Shown: positions 42,986 through 52,929 of the stretch, piece after piece
Numbering within the stretch: position 1 is the first letter of the stretch
How the letters are laid out: each line of letters begins with the position of its first letter
DNA from: an uncultured Verrucomicrobiae bacterium
GTDB lineage: Bacteria; Verrucomicrobiota; Verrucomicrobiia; Chthoniobacterales; JAFAMB01
NCBI GenBank assembly: GCA_963837955.1
Contig: CAWIPH010000002.1
Location: 1,120,001 to 1,184,000, forward strand
Direction: 5' to 3'
DNA length: 64,000 nucleotides
The notes under the pieces: generated by a model
Told to the model about the DNA's origin: nothing
The model's input: the letters and a program-made list of their open reading frames with translations, nothing else
Databases searched by the model: none
Position numbers and translations under genes: made by a program

Positions 42986-44383
42986 ATGAAAACACAAAAT
43001 AGTATTAAGCGGCCACTGTTTGCGGCCTGCGCTTCCGCTACGCTGCTTTTTGTATCGAGCGCCGTAGCCCAGAATGTCGGGATCGGTGTTAGTAATCCCC
43101 AATCCAAACTGACCATTAACGGCACCACCGCCAGCGGTGGCATCGCGGTGGGCGATAGTACCTATAACGTTGCCGCTCCGCTCGACGGCGCGATTATTCA
43201 AGGAAATGTTGGAGTCGGGACCACTGCACCTATTAGTAAGTTGCATATCTTTGATGCCAATGGCCCCGTGGTGGTAGTAGAGGGAGGGGGTTCTCCGCAG
43301 ATTCAAATACGAAACGACTCAACCACCGGTTTTCGAAGTTTCTTTAACATGGGCGATGCAACGCTTGCTAAAGGGTTCACATTGGCTGTTGATAACGGGG
43401 CCAATAATACGAATTCCTTTTCGATTCTTGATCGGGCAGCGGGAGTCGTCACCCGGTTTTTCATTGACCCCAATGGAAACACCGGCATCGGTACGTCTAC
43501 TCCATTGGCCACATTACATGTCGTGCCGAGCAGCGGATCGATTACCCGCAGCTCAGGCAATCTGGCAAACTTAACCCCGAATGGGGTCCAAACCGGGAGC
43601 AGTGGCGGTGGGAGTATCGGTCCCGTGAGTATTTATGCCAACGGCGCCATTGCTAGCGGAAACAACATTTATTGTAGCACTTTTCAGTCCGCGTTAACCT
43701 TTACCGCTTCGGATCTCCGCACTAAGGACATCATTGGTATTTCAGACTCGGCTAAGGATCTTGAAACTCTGAACAAACTCAAGATCACGGACTACACGAT
43801 GAAAGATAAGTTCCTATTAGGTGACAAGCCATTCAAGAAAGTGATCGCGCAGGATGTCGAAGCTGTTTTCCCCCAAGCGGTGCGCAAGGTTGTGAAATCA
43901 GTTCCCGATGTAATGCAGTCCGCAACAGCGAAGGAAATCTCGAAAGGCGAATTTCAGCTTCTCTTACCAAAAGACAGCGGACTGAAAGCCGGGGAGGTCG
44001 TTGAGATATTCAACAAAGACGACACACCGGAAACCGTCCGCATCAGGTCGACCGAGGGAACCGGTATTACCGTGGCTTTGAGATGCGTCGGAGACGGGGA
44101 AGACGTCTTTATCTATGGACACCAGGTAAATGACTTCGGCATCGTGGACTACGAAGCGCTGAGCATGCTGAATGTCAGCGCTACCCAGGAACTCGCCAAA
44201 AAATCCGCCGCCCAGGATGTAAAAATCGCTGAGCAGAACGCCCGAATCAAAGTGCTCGAGGCCGAGAACGCCAAGCTGGCGGCTATCGTCTCGAAAATGG
44301 ATAGTCTGGAAAAAGCCGTCAATGCTTTACAGACAAAGGCCGCTGAACGGGTAGCTATTTCCGAAAGCGCCCTGAGCGAGTGA
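42986..44383 (+). CDS. Secreted tail-fibre-like S74 protein (paralogue E, extra repeat module)
   Basis: QNVGIGVSNPQSKL; additional GNTGIGTSTP repeat; SDLRTK; VIAQDVE; VDYEAL. Confidence 0.88.
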   Translation: MKTQNSIKRPLFAACASATLLFVSSAVAQNVGIGVSNPQSKLTINGTTASGGIAVGDSTYNVAAPLDGAIIQGNVGVGTTAPISKLHIFDANGPVVVVEGGGSPQIQIRNDSTTGFRSFFNMGDATLAKGFTLAVDNGANNTNSFSILDRAAGVVTRFFIDPNGNTGIGTSTPLATLHVVPSSGSITRSSGNLANLTPNGVQTGSSGGGSIGPVSIYANGAIASGNNIYCSTFQSALTFTASDLRTKDIIGISDSAKDLETLNKLKITDYTMKDKFLLGDKPFKKVIAQDVEAVFPQAVRKVVKSVPDVMQSATAKEISKGEFQLLLPKDSGLKAGEVVEIFNKDDTPETVRIRSTEGTGITVALRCVGDGEDVFIYGHQVNDFGIVDYEALSMLNVSATQELAKKSAAQDVKIAEQNARIKVLEAENAKLAAIVSKMDSLEKAVNALQTKAAERVAISESALSE

Positions 44384-44530
44384 TGAGCGATTGGTGAGCC
44401 GTAGTCCGACCAAACCGTCATGAGCTGGAAGTACTCTGGTCTCGCAGCGGTAATATCGTGCTCATCAATCACACTTTTCGATGGGATTGCGTGAGTTTTT
44501 GCGTGGTGCCGGTTTATGCCGGCCAGACGG

Positions 44531-45440
44531 GGTTCAACAAGAGGACACGAAGACAGAATTTTAGACAAAGAGATCGCAAAGGTCACAGAGAGGGGATTCG
44601 GTTTTTACCGCTCGCATTGTTGAAAAGGCGCGGCGATTCGACCTTAGGTTTGATCAGGTACTAGCTTCTTTGAGATCTCTGCGACCTCCTGTTCAAAAAA
44701 TCTGGCTCTGCGACCTTTTGTAGAGCTTGTTCGGTGCATTGATCGGCCGATTGGCGCCCATCCTGGGTTCAACCAGAGGACACGAAGACAGAATTTTAAA
44801 CAAAGAGATCGCAAAGGTCGCAAAGAGCAGATTCGGTTTTTACCGCTCGCATTGTTGAAAGGGCGCGGCGATTTGACCTTACGTTTGACCAGGTACTACC
44901 CTCCTTTGAGATCTCTGCGACCTCCTGTTCAAAAATCTGACTCTGCGACCTTTTGTAGAGCTTGTTCGGTTCATTGATCGGCCGATTGGCGCCCATCCTG
45001 GGTTCAACCAGAGGACACGAAGACAGAATTTTAAACAAAGAGATCGCAAAGGTCCCAGAGAGGGGATTCGGTTTTTACCGCTCGCATTGTTGAAGAGGCG
45101 CGGTGATTTGACCTAACGTTTGACCAGGTACTACCCTCCTTTGAGATCTCTGCGACCTCCTGTTCAAAAATCTGGCTCTGCGACCTCTTGTAGAGGCTTG
45201 TTCGGTTCATTGATCGGCCGATTGGCGCCCATCCTGGGTCCAGCAGAGGACACGAAGACAGAATTTTAAACAAAGAGATCGCAAAGGTCACAAAGAGGGG
45301 ATTCGGTTTTTACCGCTCGTATTCTTAAAAAGACGCGGCGATTTTGACCTTGCGTTTGACCGGGTACTACCTTCTTTGAGATCTCTGCGACCTCCTGTTC
45401 AAAAAATCTGGCTCTGCGACCTTTTGTAGAACCTTGTTCG
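44531..45440 (+). repeat. Tandem array of ~235-bp units (almost 4 copies), each with an internal imperfect inverted repeat
   Basis: Units start at 44531, 44766, 45001 and ~45236; arms TTTTAAACAAAGAGATCGCAAAGGTC.CA.AG and CTTTGAGATCTCTGCGACCTCCTGTTCAAAA. Confidence 0.92.
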
Positions 45441-45460
45441 ACGACGACCTCGTTCCGGCA

Positions 45461-46321
45461 TCACCCAAGCACTGCGTCAATACTGAACCGAAACGGTCGC
45501 GGCGGTCGTCCAAGCACGTTCTGAACGTCTTCTGTCGGATCGCTTGCTTCGCCGCGTTGCTCGAAGGCCCGAAGGTCGTTGACGAAATCAGCTACCCATT
45601 CCGGCAATCCAGCGGCAACCATCGCTTGTTTAGCTTGGGCCGGCGTTATGTCGACATACTTAACCGGCTTCCCTAGTTTCTGTGCGAGAGCATCAGCCAT
45701 GTCAGGATAGCTGAGCTTTGCCGGACCGGTGAGCGTATAGGTCTTGCCTTCATGCCCATCTTTGGTCAGAGCCGCGGCGGCTACTTCAGCGACATCGACC
45801 TCATCGACCAAGGCGACACGACCCTCTCCAGCGGTTGAAAACATTAGGCCTTGTTCCTGCACCGTCGGTAACACCGCTTTTACCATATAGCGGGAAAGAT
45901 CTGTCGGCCGCAGATGAGTCCAAGCGATACCCGACGATTCCAGTTCTTGTTCCGCTTGCCAATGCCATCGGAAAAGGTCGATCGGCACGGTGGCGCTAGC
46001 GCCGGCAACCGACAGGTTAACCATCCTTTGTACGCCCTTCTGCTTAGCAGCGTGGATAAAATTTCGTTTCCATTCCGCCGTTTGTTGAGCAACCGGCGTC
46101 AGCAAAAAAGCCGAACTAACTCCGGTAAAGCTGGCTGCGAGTGAATCTGGGTCGGCAAAATCGCCTCTCACGATCTCGGCGCCGCGGGTCTGGAGCTTGG
46201 CTAACGTTGGATCCGGCTTTTTCGGATCTCGAACGATCAATCTGATTTTTTCGCCTTGTTCGACGAGTTGTTCCGCTAGAGGGGTGCCGATATTTCCTGG
46301 TGAACCTGAGATGAGAATCAT
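45461..46321 (-). CDS. NmrA-like/SDR NAD(P)H-binding protein
   Basis: ILISGSPGNIG, WTHLRP, YTLTGP. Confidence 0.88.
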   Translation of the reverse strand: MILISGSPGNIGTPLAEQLVEQGEKIRLIVRDPKKPDPTLAKLQTRGAEIVRGDFADPDSLAASFTGVSSAFLLTPVAQQTAEWKRNFIHAAKQKGVQRMVNLSVAGASATVPIDLFRWHWQAEQELESSGIAWTHLRPTDLSRYMVKAVLPTVQEQGLMFSTAGEGRVALVDEVDVAEVAAAALTKDGHEGKTYTLTGPAKLSYPDMADALAQKLGKPVKYVDITPAQAKQAMVAAGLPEWVADFVNDLRAFEQRGEASDPTEDVQNVLGRPPRPFRFSIDAVLG

Positions 46322-46350
46322 GGGGAGTTCGAATAATGGGTTAGGGAGTT

Positions 46351-46731
46351 TTAGTGAATTGGGTGGGGAGTTTGGAGATAAGCCCATCGTTCAGCGAGTT
46401 TCCCGGCCGAGACGCGCCAGATCACAATTCCGCTGAACTCCATCGCTATACCGGTCTGGGCATCCGTGGCTTGCCAGCGGTTGCGGACCGCAACTTTGTC
46501 GCCCTCGGCGATGATGTCTTCGATCACGACCCGAAGGTCGGGATAACGTTTAAATGCCGCCGCGAGGTAGGTTTTAGGTCCGAGGGGTCCCGGAGCCGAA
46601 TTGGGCGGGGCGTCACTTCCGTGTTCGCGATAATCCGCAGCAAAATTGCGGTCGGCGACATCCAGGTTTTTCTGGTTCACAAATTCCTCAAAATGGCGGC
46701 GCACAAATGCTTTGTTCTCTTCGCTCGACAT
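46351..46731 (-). CDS. SnoaL-like ester cyclase family protein
   Basis: ENKAFVRR, YPDLRVVIEDIIAEGDKV. Confidence 0.85.
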   Translation of the reverse strand: MSSEENKAFVRRHFEEFVNQKNLDVADRNFAADYREHGSDAPPNSAPGPLGPKTYLAAAFKRYPDLRVVIEDIIAEGDKVAVRNRWQATDAQTGIAMEFSGIVIWRVSAGKLAERWAYLQTPHPIH

Positions 46732-46888
46732 AACGGTGGTGGTGGGGGATAGGAGCCGAGCGTTCACGGCGTTGGCGCTCGTTGACCGCTTCGCTGGTTA
46801 TTAGACCCGCTAGCGACGGCACTTTAGCTGGCTGCCGGAGTTCGACAAGACGGCACTTTTTCGTTACTTAAACACTGATTAGTTCCTT

Positions 46889-47257
46889 ATGACGACACCC
46901 CGGAACCGCACCGAAGCCTGCCCGATCGAGGAGCTCATGGATATTCTGGCCGGGCGCTGGAAGGTTTTCATTCTGTGGGAACTGATCCAGGGGCCACGTC
47001 GATCAGGTGAGTTGCGGAAGAGCATTCCGCCGATCACTCAAAAGGTCTTTGTAGAGCAACTGCGAGATCTGGAAGACAACGGCCTGGTCAAGCGCACGGT
47101 TTTTCCAACGGTACCGCCGAGGGTAGAGTACGAGGCAACGCCACTCGGTCATTCGCTTCGCGATATCCTAAAGGGGATGTGTCACTGGTCGTCAGAGAAC
47201 ATGGAAAAGGTTCGCGAGTTTCGGCGGACGCGGCGGTTGGAATCGGTGGAGAAATAG
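46889..47257 (+). CDS. HxlR family winged-helix regulator
   Basis: CPIE...GRWK..IL, PPRVEY; divergent from the SnoaL/NmrA pair. Confidence 0.9.
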   Translation: MTTPRNRTEACPIEELMDILAGRWKVFILWELIQGPRRSGELRKSIPPITQKVFVEQLRDLEDNGLVKRTVFPTVPPRVEYEATPLGHSLRDILKGMCHWSSENMEKVREFRRTRRLESVEK

Positions 47258-47335
47258 AAGTAACCTTGGTTTGTGTTTCGAAAAGAAATGTCACGCCGGT
47301 AGCTTCTTTTTCGGCAGCATGTATAGGTTTATCTC

Positions 47336-47560
47336 ATGCGCTCTGTTACTTTGAGTGCGGCATTAAATCCTGAGGACTCCGGCTACGTCGCTCTTTGCCC
47401 TGAGCCATACGTTGCCAGCGAAGGCGGGTCGATAGATCAGGCCTTAGCCAACTTAGGGGAAGCGGTCGAAGGCTTCTTTGAGCCAGCGAGCCCGAGCGAA
47501 ATCGAAACTCCCCCCAATCCTCCCGCTTTTTTCACTCACTTCGAAGTAGCACGTGCCTGA
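47336..47560 (+). CDS. HicB-like antitoxin
   Basis: GYVALCPE..VASEG.SIDQALANL.EAVEGFFE. Confidence 0.7.
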   Translation: MRSVTLSAALNPEDSGYVALCPEPYVASEGGSIDQALANLGEAVEGFFEPASPSEIETPPNPPAFFTHFEVARA

Positions 47561-47590
47561 GCTGGGCATGCGAAAACCACCAAAAAAGCG

Positions 47591-48205
47591 ATGAGAGCGC
47601 GGAATGGGCAATTTCGTCCTCAACCCGGCCCCGTCACAGCCCACAATTTTAAGAAAGCCCCTGGGTTTCCGGCCGCGAAACACTTCGTATTTCTCAGCTT
47701 TCTCGCGCTCGCGAGTTGCGCGACCGGCTACCAACCGCGAAACCTCTCCGGAGGCTTCTCCGACTACATGACGGCGCCCGACGAGGCGGTCGTAACGTTC
47801 CGTGGGAACGACTATACGAGTGCCGAGCGCGTCATTATGATGACTTTTTTGCGTTGTGCGGATGTAACGCTAGAGCACGGATACCGTTATTTTGTAGGAA
47901 TTAGCATGGTTGACTTGAGCACCAATTCCTCCTTTGCCAGTCCGGGGCATGCCAGCATCTCTGACAATGTTTTCGAAGACGGAAACTACGCCATGGCAAG
48001 CGCGACCCCTATTATCACGTCTTCTCAGACGCTCAAGATCTTAAGACCAGCCGTATCGATGAGGATCAGAATGTCCAATGATGAACAGTCCTTGGAGCCC
48101 TTGGGTGGAGTAATTGACCGTCAGGAGGCCCGCCCGCAAGATGCGGCTTTCCTGAGCCACTCCTTGCGGCAAGCTTTAGGTATCGAGAAAGCATCTGCCA
48201 ATTGA
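47591..48205 (+). CDS. Lipoprotein (CC0125/CC1285-like)
   Basis: LASC lipobox; ATGYQP...GGFSD; TFRGN.YT; LRCADVTL..GY.YF; start uncertain. Confidence 0.65.
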   Translation: MRARNGQFRPQPGPVTAHNFKKAPGFPAAKHFVFLSFLALASCATGYQPRNLSGGFSDYMTAPDEAVVTFRGNDYTSAERVIMMTFLRCADVTLEHGYRYFVGISMVDLSTNSSFASPGHASISDNVFEDGNYAMASATPIITSSQTLKILRPAVSMRIRMSNDEQSLEPLGGVIDRQEARPQDAAFLSHSLRQALGIEKASAN

Positions 48206-48370
48206 TCCCGAACATCCACGATTCATGATTGGTGAGGTGTTAATTGTTAAGCCGCGACCCTCCTGTCTCTGGAGCAATCCCCTTTACCCCCACCACAACC
48301 GTCCAGGTCACGAAATTCCTGGCAGCAATCTGCCTTCCCAAGGGTTGCGACGCTTCTTGCGAATTATCGG

Positions 48371-49952
48371 TCACTTGCGGCGCCTGTCCTCCAACTCTTC
48401 CACTATGTTCCAGAGAAGGTCTCGAAGATCCCGTTTTGACTCATGCGTTCTGTGCGAATGCTCATCCACAACCAATTCTAGGTCCCCGATTTCAAGCTTT
48501 CTTTCATACTTCAAACCGGAGACACGAAATCCCTCTAACCCAGCCCTTTCCTCGGCTTCCTCATGCCTCTCCTCTTCTTCTTCTGCCCAAAAAATATGGA
48601 CGAAGAAAGGGTCGATTGAGATGGGCACGGGGATCGTGCCTGTTACATCGAGCAACGTGTGCGAACTAAAATCGGCGTTTCGCTGGTAGTGTACGCCATG
48701 CGGGAAATTCGCCAGAGTCTGGAGTATTGTTTGCGGTGAAGGCTCCGTAAAAGTCGCGCCCATGCGCCATGAAGTGCACGTAGTCGCCCAGATAGGGACC
48801 GATTAGCGGATTGGGAGCGGGAGTGTTTGCAGGTGTTGTTGATAGCAGGTAGTCGTGCCACTTCACGCCATGTTCTGAGAATTGAGCGTGTGTTTCCCAT
48901 TGCTGGGTGGCACCACTGCCCGTGAGCTGCTGATAAAGAATGCCAACTTTGCCCTCATCGCTTATCGAAATTGAGGGGTTGGTCACGCTTACGACCGTGA
49001 GGAGATCCGCGGACCAAGTCTGACCAGCATCATCCGACCGACGTACATGAAGGTTGTAACCGCCTGCCTGCTGATCGCACCACGCAAGAAACAGCCGTGA
49101 AGCCTCCCTCGGATCAACCGCTAGGGTCAGGTCGTTGCCGATGCGCTGGAAGCCAAGCGACGCGCCAAAATTGAGGTTTACGTTCGTCACAACCCGTTGA
49201 CCAGCAACTCCATCTCCCGAGTCAATGAGATCCTGGAAGGGAGTTGCGCCCGTCGCCCAATGATCGTCGCGCACGATCACGACGTCACTCGAACCTGAGC
49301 CTGACGGCGCGCGCCAACCAAAGAACGCCGCGTAAACCTTGCCATCGCGGTGAATCGCCGGGCGAACCGCTGGTCCATTCTGACCCGAGGTCGCCCGAAA
49401 TTCGACGACCGACGGATTGAACGTGGGTAGCAGCGCCGCGTCGTCTGCGGAAACGTCTACGGCCGCAGTCGCACCAGCTAAACTCAGATCATTGTATCCG
49501 ACGTACGCGCGGTCTTTCCCTTCGTCGACACCGTGCGGGACTGTCCGAGCTTCGACGTACGGCTGATCTGGCCCGGATCGCTGGTCCATCAGTTGCAACG
49601 ACGTTGCGCTGAAGGGATCTGGAGTTCGTAGAACGTTCAGATTTCCGATGTCGGCCCGTAACTCGCTTACGCAAAGTTCGTGACGGCTAAACCGAAGTGT
49701 CACATCGCCCGTTCCAAACGTCGGTAGCAACGATCCGGGGATCAGAGGATTGAGGGTCCAGGTATGGCCGCGATCATGAGAAAGAAAGATTGGTGCGAAC
49801 GTAGAACCGCCCGGATCCGGCGTGATTGACGTGGTTCCCGCAATTCGGCGTGGCTCAATCGGATGAACTGCGAGGTTTGCTTCTGAGTCCTGATTGGTCT
49901 CGTTACTCAGAGACCGCGGGATCATATTCACGACCTTGATGTGAGTCTTCAT
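48371..49952 (-). CDS. Hypothetical BNR/Asp-box (sialidase-like) protein, frameshift near 48710
   Basis: Asp-boxes SHDRGHTW and SDDAGQTW; YLGDY; continues LANFPHGVHYQRNADF in ORF 48371-48763. Confidence 0.7.
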
Positions 49953-50003
49953 GAGATACCTCGTACGAACGTCTGGCGTATAGAAGGCATATTAGTGCTG
50001 TTA

Positions 50004-50732
50004 TTAGTCCTCAGTGAGAAGCTGCTGGATCCGTGGTAGCGCATCAGAAGGCTGGAAGTCTGCGGGGTCGAGCGCGGTCAGCGCATCCGGGGGAGCGCCC
50101 CATTTCGCAGCCCCTCTGTGAAGTAGAAAAACACCCTCTTCATGCTCGCCAAAACGGTGGGCTCCCGCCCAAAGAACGTCGCGACCCGAAGGAAACAGCA
50201 ACGCTATCTTCTCGCCTCTGCGCCCACCCTTGAGCGGTTTCGTGACCTTCACATCAGCGTACATCCATCGTGGAGAATGAAATGAAATAGGCTCTTTGAT
50301 TCCGCTTTGCCGGACGCGCTCGACGGTGCCAACGATCACGATATCGGCGGTCTCAAGTCGCGCTTTAAGATGCTTATTCGGCAGGGTTTCAACAGCGGCT
50401 GCGACTTCTCGCTCGTTCTTTGCGCCCACGTCGCGATGGCCAACTTCGCGAAGCACGATCTGAGCGCCATAGACTAAACCGTTTGTAAAGAAGATAGCGT
50501 GATGACCAACATTCAGGCCGTCGCCATTGTTCAGTTCAATGGTAACATTCCGTCCTGCTAAACCGCCGAGTGCGGGCCCGGCTCGAAAGACCGAGTCGAC
50601 GTGGGCGACGACCAGCCGCGGACTTGCCGGAACGGTCGGCTCGATGGAAGCGCCCCGCTGAGACACGGTGGCGCGTATAATGACACTTGATCGCTCTACG
50701 AGTCTGACAATATTTTCTGCGGATTCAGGCAT
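50004..50732 (-). CDS. Hypothetical protein with two tandem similar domains
   Basis: 242-aa ORF; repeated S/D-x-I/V-I-x-G/A-TV pattern; directly upstream of the Asp-box gene. Confidence 0.65.
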   Translation of the reverse strand: MPESAENIVRLVERSSVIIRATVSQRGASIEPTVPASPRLVVAHVDSVFRAGPALGGLAGRNVTIELNNGDGLNVGHHAIFFTNGLVYGAQIVLREVGHRDVGAKNEREVAAAVETLPNKHLKARLETADIVIVGTVERVRQSGIKEPISFHSPRWMYADVKVTKPLKGGRRGEKIALLFPSGRDVLWAGAHRFGEHEEGVFLLHRGAAKWGAPPDALTALDPADFQPSDALPRIQQLLTED

Positions 50733-51217
50733 GATGCGCTCCTCACGGGCCGACTCCTAGTGTTCAATGTCCTCAACCGCTAAAACGGTCGAGTAAAATC
50801 GGCACCCATCGGTCCACTGTTGTTTTCGCTTTCCGGCCAGCCACATTGAATTTGGCAACCGAAATTTTCCCTTCAAAACGAGACCAGTACCGAAGAATGA
50901 GACTTGGTGGGAATAGCTACAGAACACACATGTAGCACCACCGAACGTTACGGTAAATACGTAGAAATACGTACACGAGCCCAATACGAAGTGCTTGGGC
51001 AAAACGATGCAAGAAAACGCGTCCTTCCCGCCACGGACGATATGCTCTCGCTATCGACCAGGTGCTCGTGCCGCGGCTAGCCCCATCAGTGCCAGCGAAA
51101 TAAGCCATAGCAAAATAAACGCTTCCATTTCTCTAGCTTTTCTCGTGATTTGTTCTGTCGCCGACGTACCGGCAGTCACACTCCTTTACAAACACCGCTT
51201 GAAAGTCCGACAAGGTG

Positions 51218-52525
51218 CTAGCGTAGTTTCTTGAAGCCGTCCCTGAGCTCTTGGGTAAAGAGTTCGGGCTGCTCGAAGGCAGCGAAATGGCCGCCCTTAT
51301 CGAGTTCGTGCCAATAGATCAGCTGCGTATAGCTCTTCTCCGCCCAGCTACGAGGAGCGCGCCAGATCTCGTGCGGGAAGACGCTGACAGCCACCGGAAT
51401 GTCGATCCTGCCCCCGGAAGGGCTCGCGCTTGTTCTATTCTCCCAATAAATCCGCGCTGAGGAGGCTGCGGTGTCTGTCAGCCAATAAAGTGAGATGTTG
51501 TCGAGCATCTGGTCCTTCGTGAGCACGGTTTCTGGATCGCCATTGCTGTCGGTCCAAGCCTGGAACTTCTCATAGATCCATGCCGCTTGACCTGAAGGTG
51601 AGTCCGCCAGCCCGTACGCGATGGTCTGAGGACGAGTCGTCTGTTCCCTGAAGTAGCCGTTACCGTCGTTCAGGAACTCGGTGAGTGCCGTAACCGCGCG
51701 TTGCTCCTCTACGGAAAGACCTTCGCTGGGAATCTTTTCGGGAAAGACGAACTGGAAGTTAAGGTGGATGCCGGCGAGGCTGGCCGGCTTCAGCTTGCCG
51801 AGTGCGGTGGTGACGCCAGCACCCCAATCACCGCCCTGCGCCACCCAGCGCTCGTAGCCGAGCCGCTGCATCAGGACAACCCACGCCTTGGCGATTCGCA
51901 CGACGTCCCAACCAGTATCGGTCGGCTTGTCAGAGAAACCGAAGCCCGGCAACGAAGGCACGACCACGTGGAATGCGTCTTCTGGCCTGCCACCGTGTGC
52001 CGTCGGGTTTGTTAGAGGGTTGATAACCTTCAGAAACTCGACGATTGATCCGGGCCATCCATGGGTGAGGATGATTGGCAGCGCGTCCGCGTGCTTCGAG
52101 CGCACATGGATAAAGTGAATCCCGACCCCATCGATCTCCGTGCGATATTGGGCAAAACCGTTGATCTCCTTCTCAGCTCGACGCCAGTCATATTGGGTAC
52201 GCCAATATTCGACCAGTGCGCGCACCTTCTCCAGTGGTACACCCTGGGACCAATCCGAAACGGTCTGACGGTTGGGCCAGCGCGTCATATCGAGGCGACG
52301 TTTGAGATCGTCAAGAGCGCTCTGCGGAATGTCGACGGTGAACGGCGTGATGGCGGCAGAGACGCTCGTCGTGCCGTCTGCGGCAAAGAGGTCCGCGACC
52401 ATACCGATACCCAGTGCTGTGAATGCGGCGCCGGCAGCGCTGGTTTCCAGGAACCGACGACGCGAGATTTCTTTGCCGGTCCCAAATCCATCTTGATTAT
52501 CACTATCTCTGACATTGTTATTCAT
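51218..52525 (-). CDS. Tat-exported epoxide hydrolase (EHN + alpha/beta hydrolase)
   Basis: SRRRFL; HGWPGS; QGGDWG; GGHFAAFEQP. Confidence 0.92.
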   Translation of the reverse strand: MNNNVRDSDNQDGFGTGKEISRRRFLETSAAGAAFTALGIGMVADLFAADGTTSVSAAITPFTVDIPQSALDDLKRRLDMTRWPNRQTVSDWSQGVPLEKVRALVEYWRTQYDWRRAEKEINGFAQYRTEIDGVGIHFIHVRSKHADALPIILTHGWPGSIVEFLKVINPLTNPTAHGGRPEDAFHVVVPSLPGFGFSDKPTDTGWDVVRIAKAWVVLMQRLGYERWVAQGGDWGAGVTTALGKLKPASLAGIHLNFQFVFPEKIPSEGLSVEEQRAVTALTEFLNDGNGYFREQTTRPQTIAYGLADSPSGQAAWIYEKFQAWTDSNGDPETVLTKDQMLDNISLYWLTDTAASSARIYWENRTSASPSGGRIDIPVAVSVFPHEIWRAPRSWAEKSYTQLIYWHELDKGGHFAAFEQPELFTQELRDGFKKLR

Positions 52526-52613
52526 GATCAAATCGCTGCTCGCGGTCCTGCCTTTGTTCGAATACACGACGAACGAAGGCCGGCGATCAGGACAGGTGCC
52601 CGCGCTTTTTTCG

Positions 52614-52822
52614 GCGGCTCACGCAAAAGCGTTCGCCCTACCGATCAGGGGTGTTGTCCCAGCGTTGGTAGGGCAAAAATTTATTTGAGCCAGGAAACCT
52701 ATGAGTGGCTCACGCAAAAAGCGTTCGCCCTACCGATCGTGGGTGTTGTCCCAGCGCTGGTAGGGCGAAAATTTATTTGAGCCGGAAAACCCCTGAGCGG
52801 CTCACGCAAAAGCGTTCGCCCT
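52614..52822 (+). repeat. GTAG REP doublet array, left part (interrupted by IS110)
   Basis: ~92-bp period; alternating GTAGGGCGAAAATTTATTTGAGCC and inverted GTAGGGCGAACGCTTTTGCGTGAGCC. Confidence 0.92.
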
Positions 52823-52929
52823 GCTATGGGAGTTGTCAAACTGCCTTGATGGGATTGGTTCTAGATTTTCATTTTGGGGCGACTTCTAGTCGCCGGGATT
52901 TTGTGGGTTAAGAAGCTTCTGAAGGTTTG

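Noticed and set aside
42074..43306. Long antisense ORFs (also 33268-34005, 56767-57738, 61769-62587, 2941-3618)
   Set aside because: They are shadows of well-supported genes on the opposite strand and have no motifs.
32842..44383. Prophage or tailocin tail module
   Set aside because: No capsid, baseplate, sheath, lysis or integrase genes are present, and every fibre gene has a signal peptide.
30628..44383. Diversity-generating retroelement (template/variable repeat pairs)
   Set aside because: There is no reverse transcriptase in the window, and differences between duplicated segments are not adenine-specific.
44531..45440. The 235-bp array as CRISPR, or as repeated small genes (minus-strand 80-86 aa ORFs)
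   Set aside because: Whole units are repeated, and indels between copies break the reading frames.
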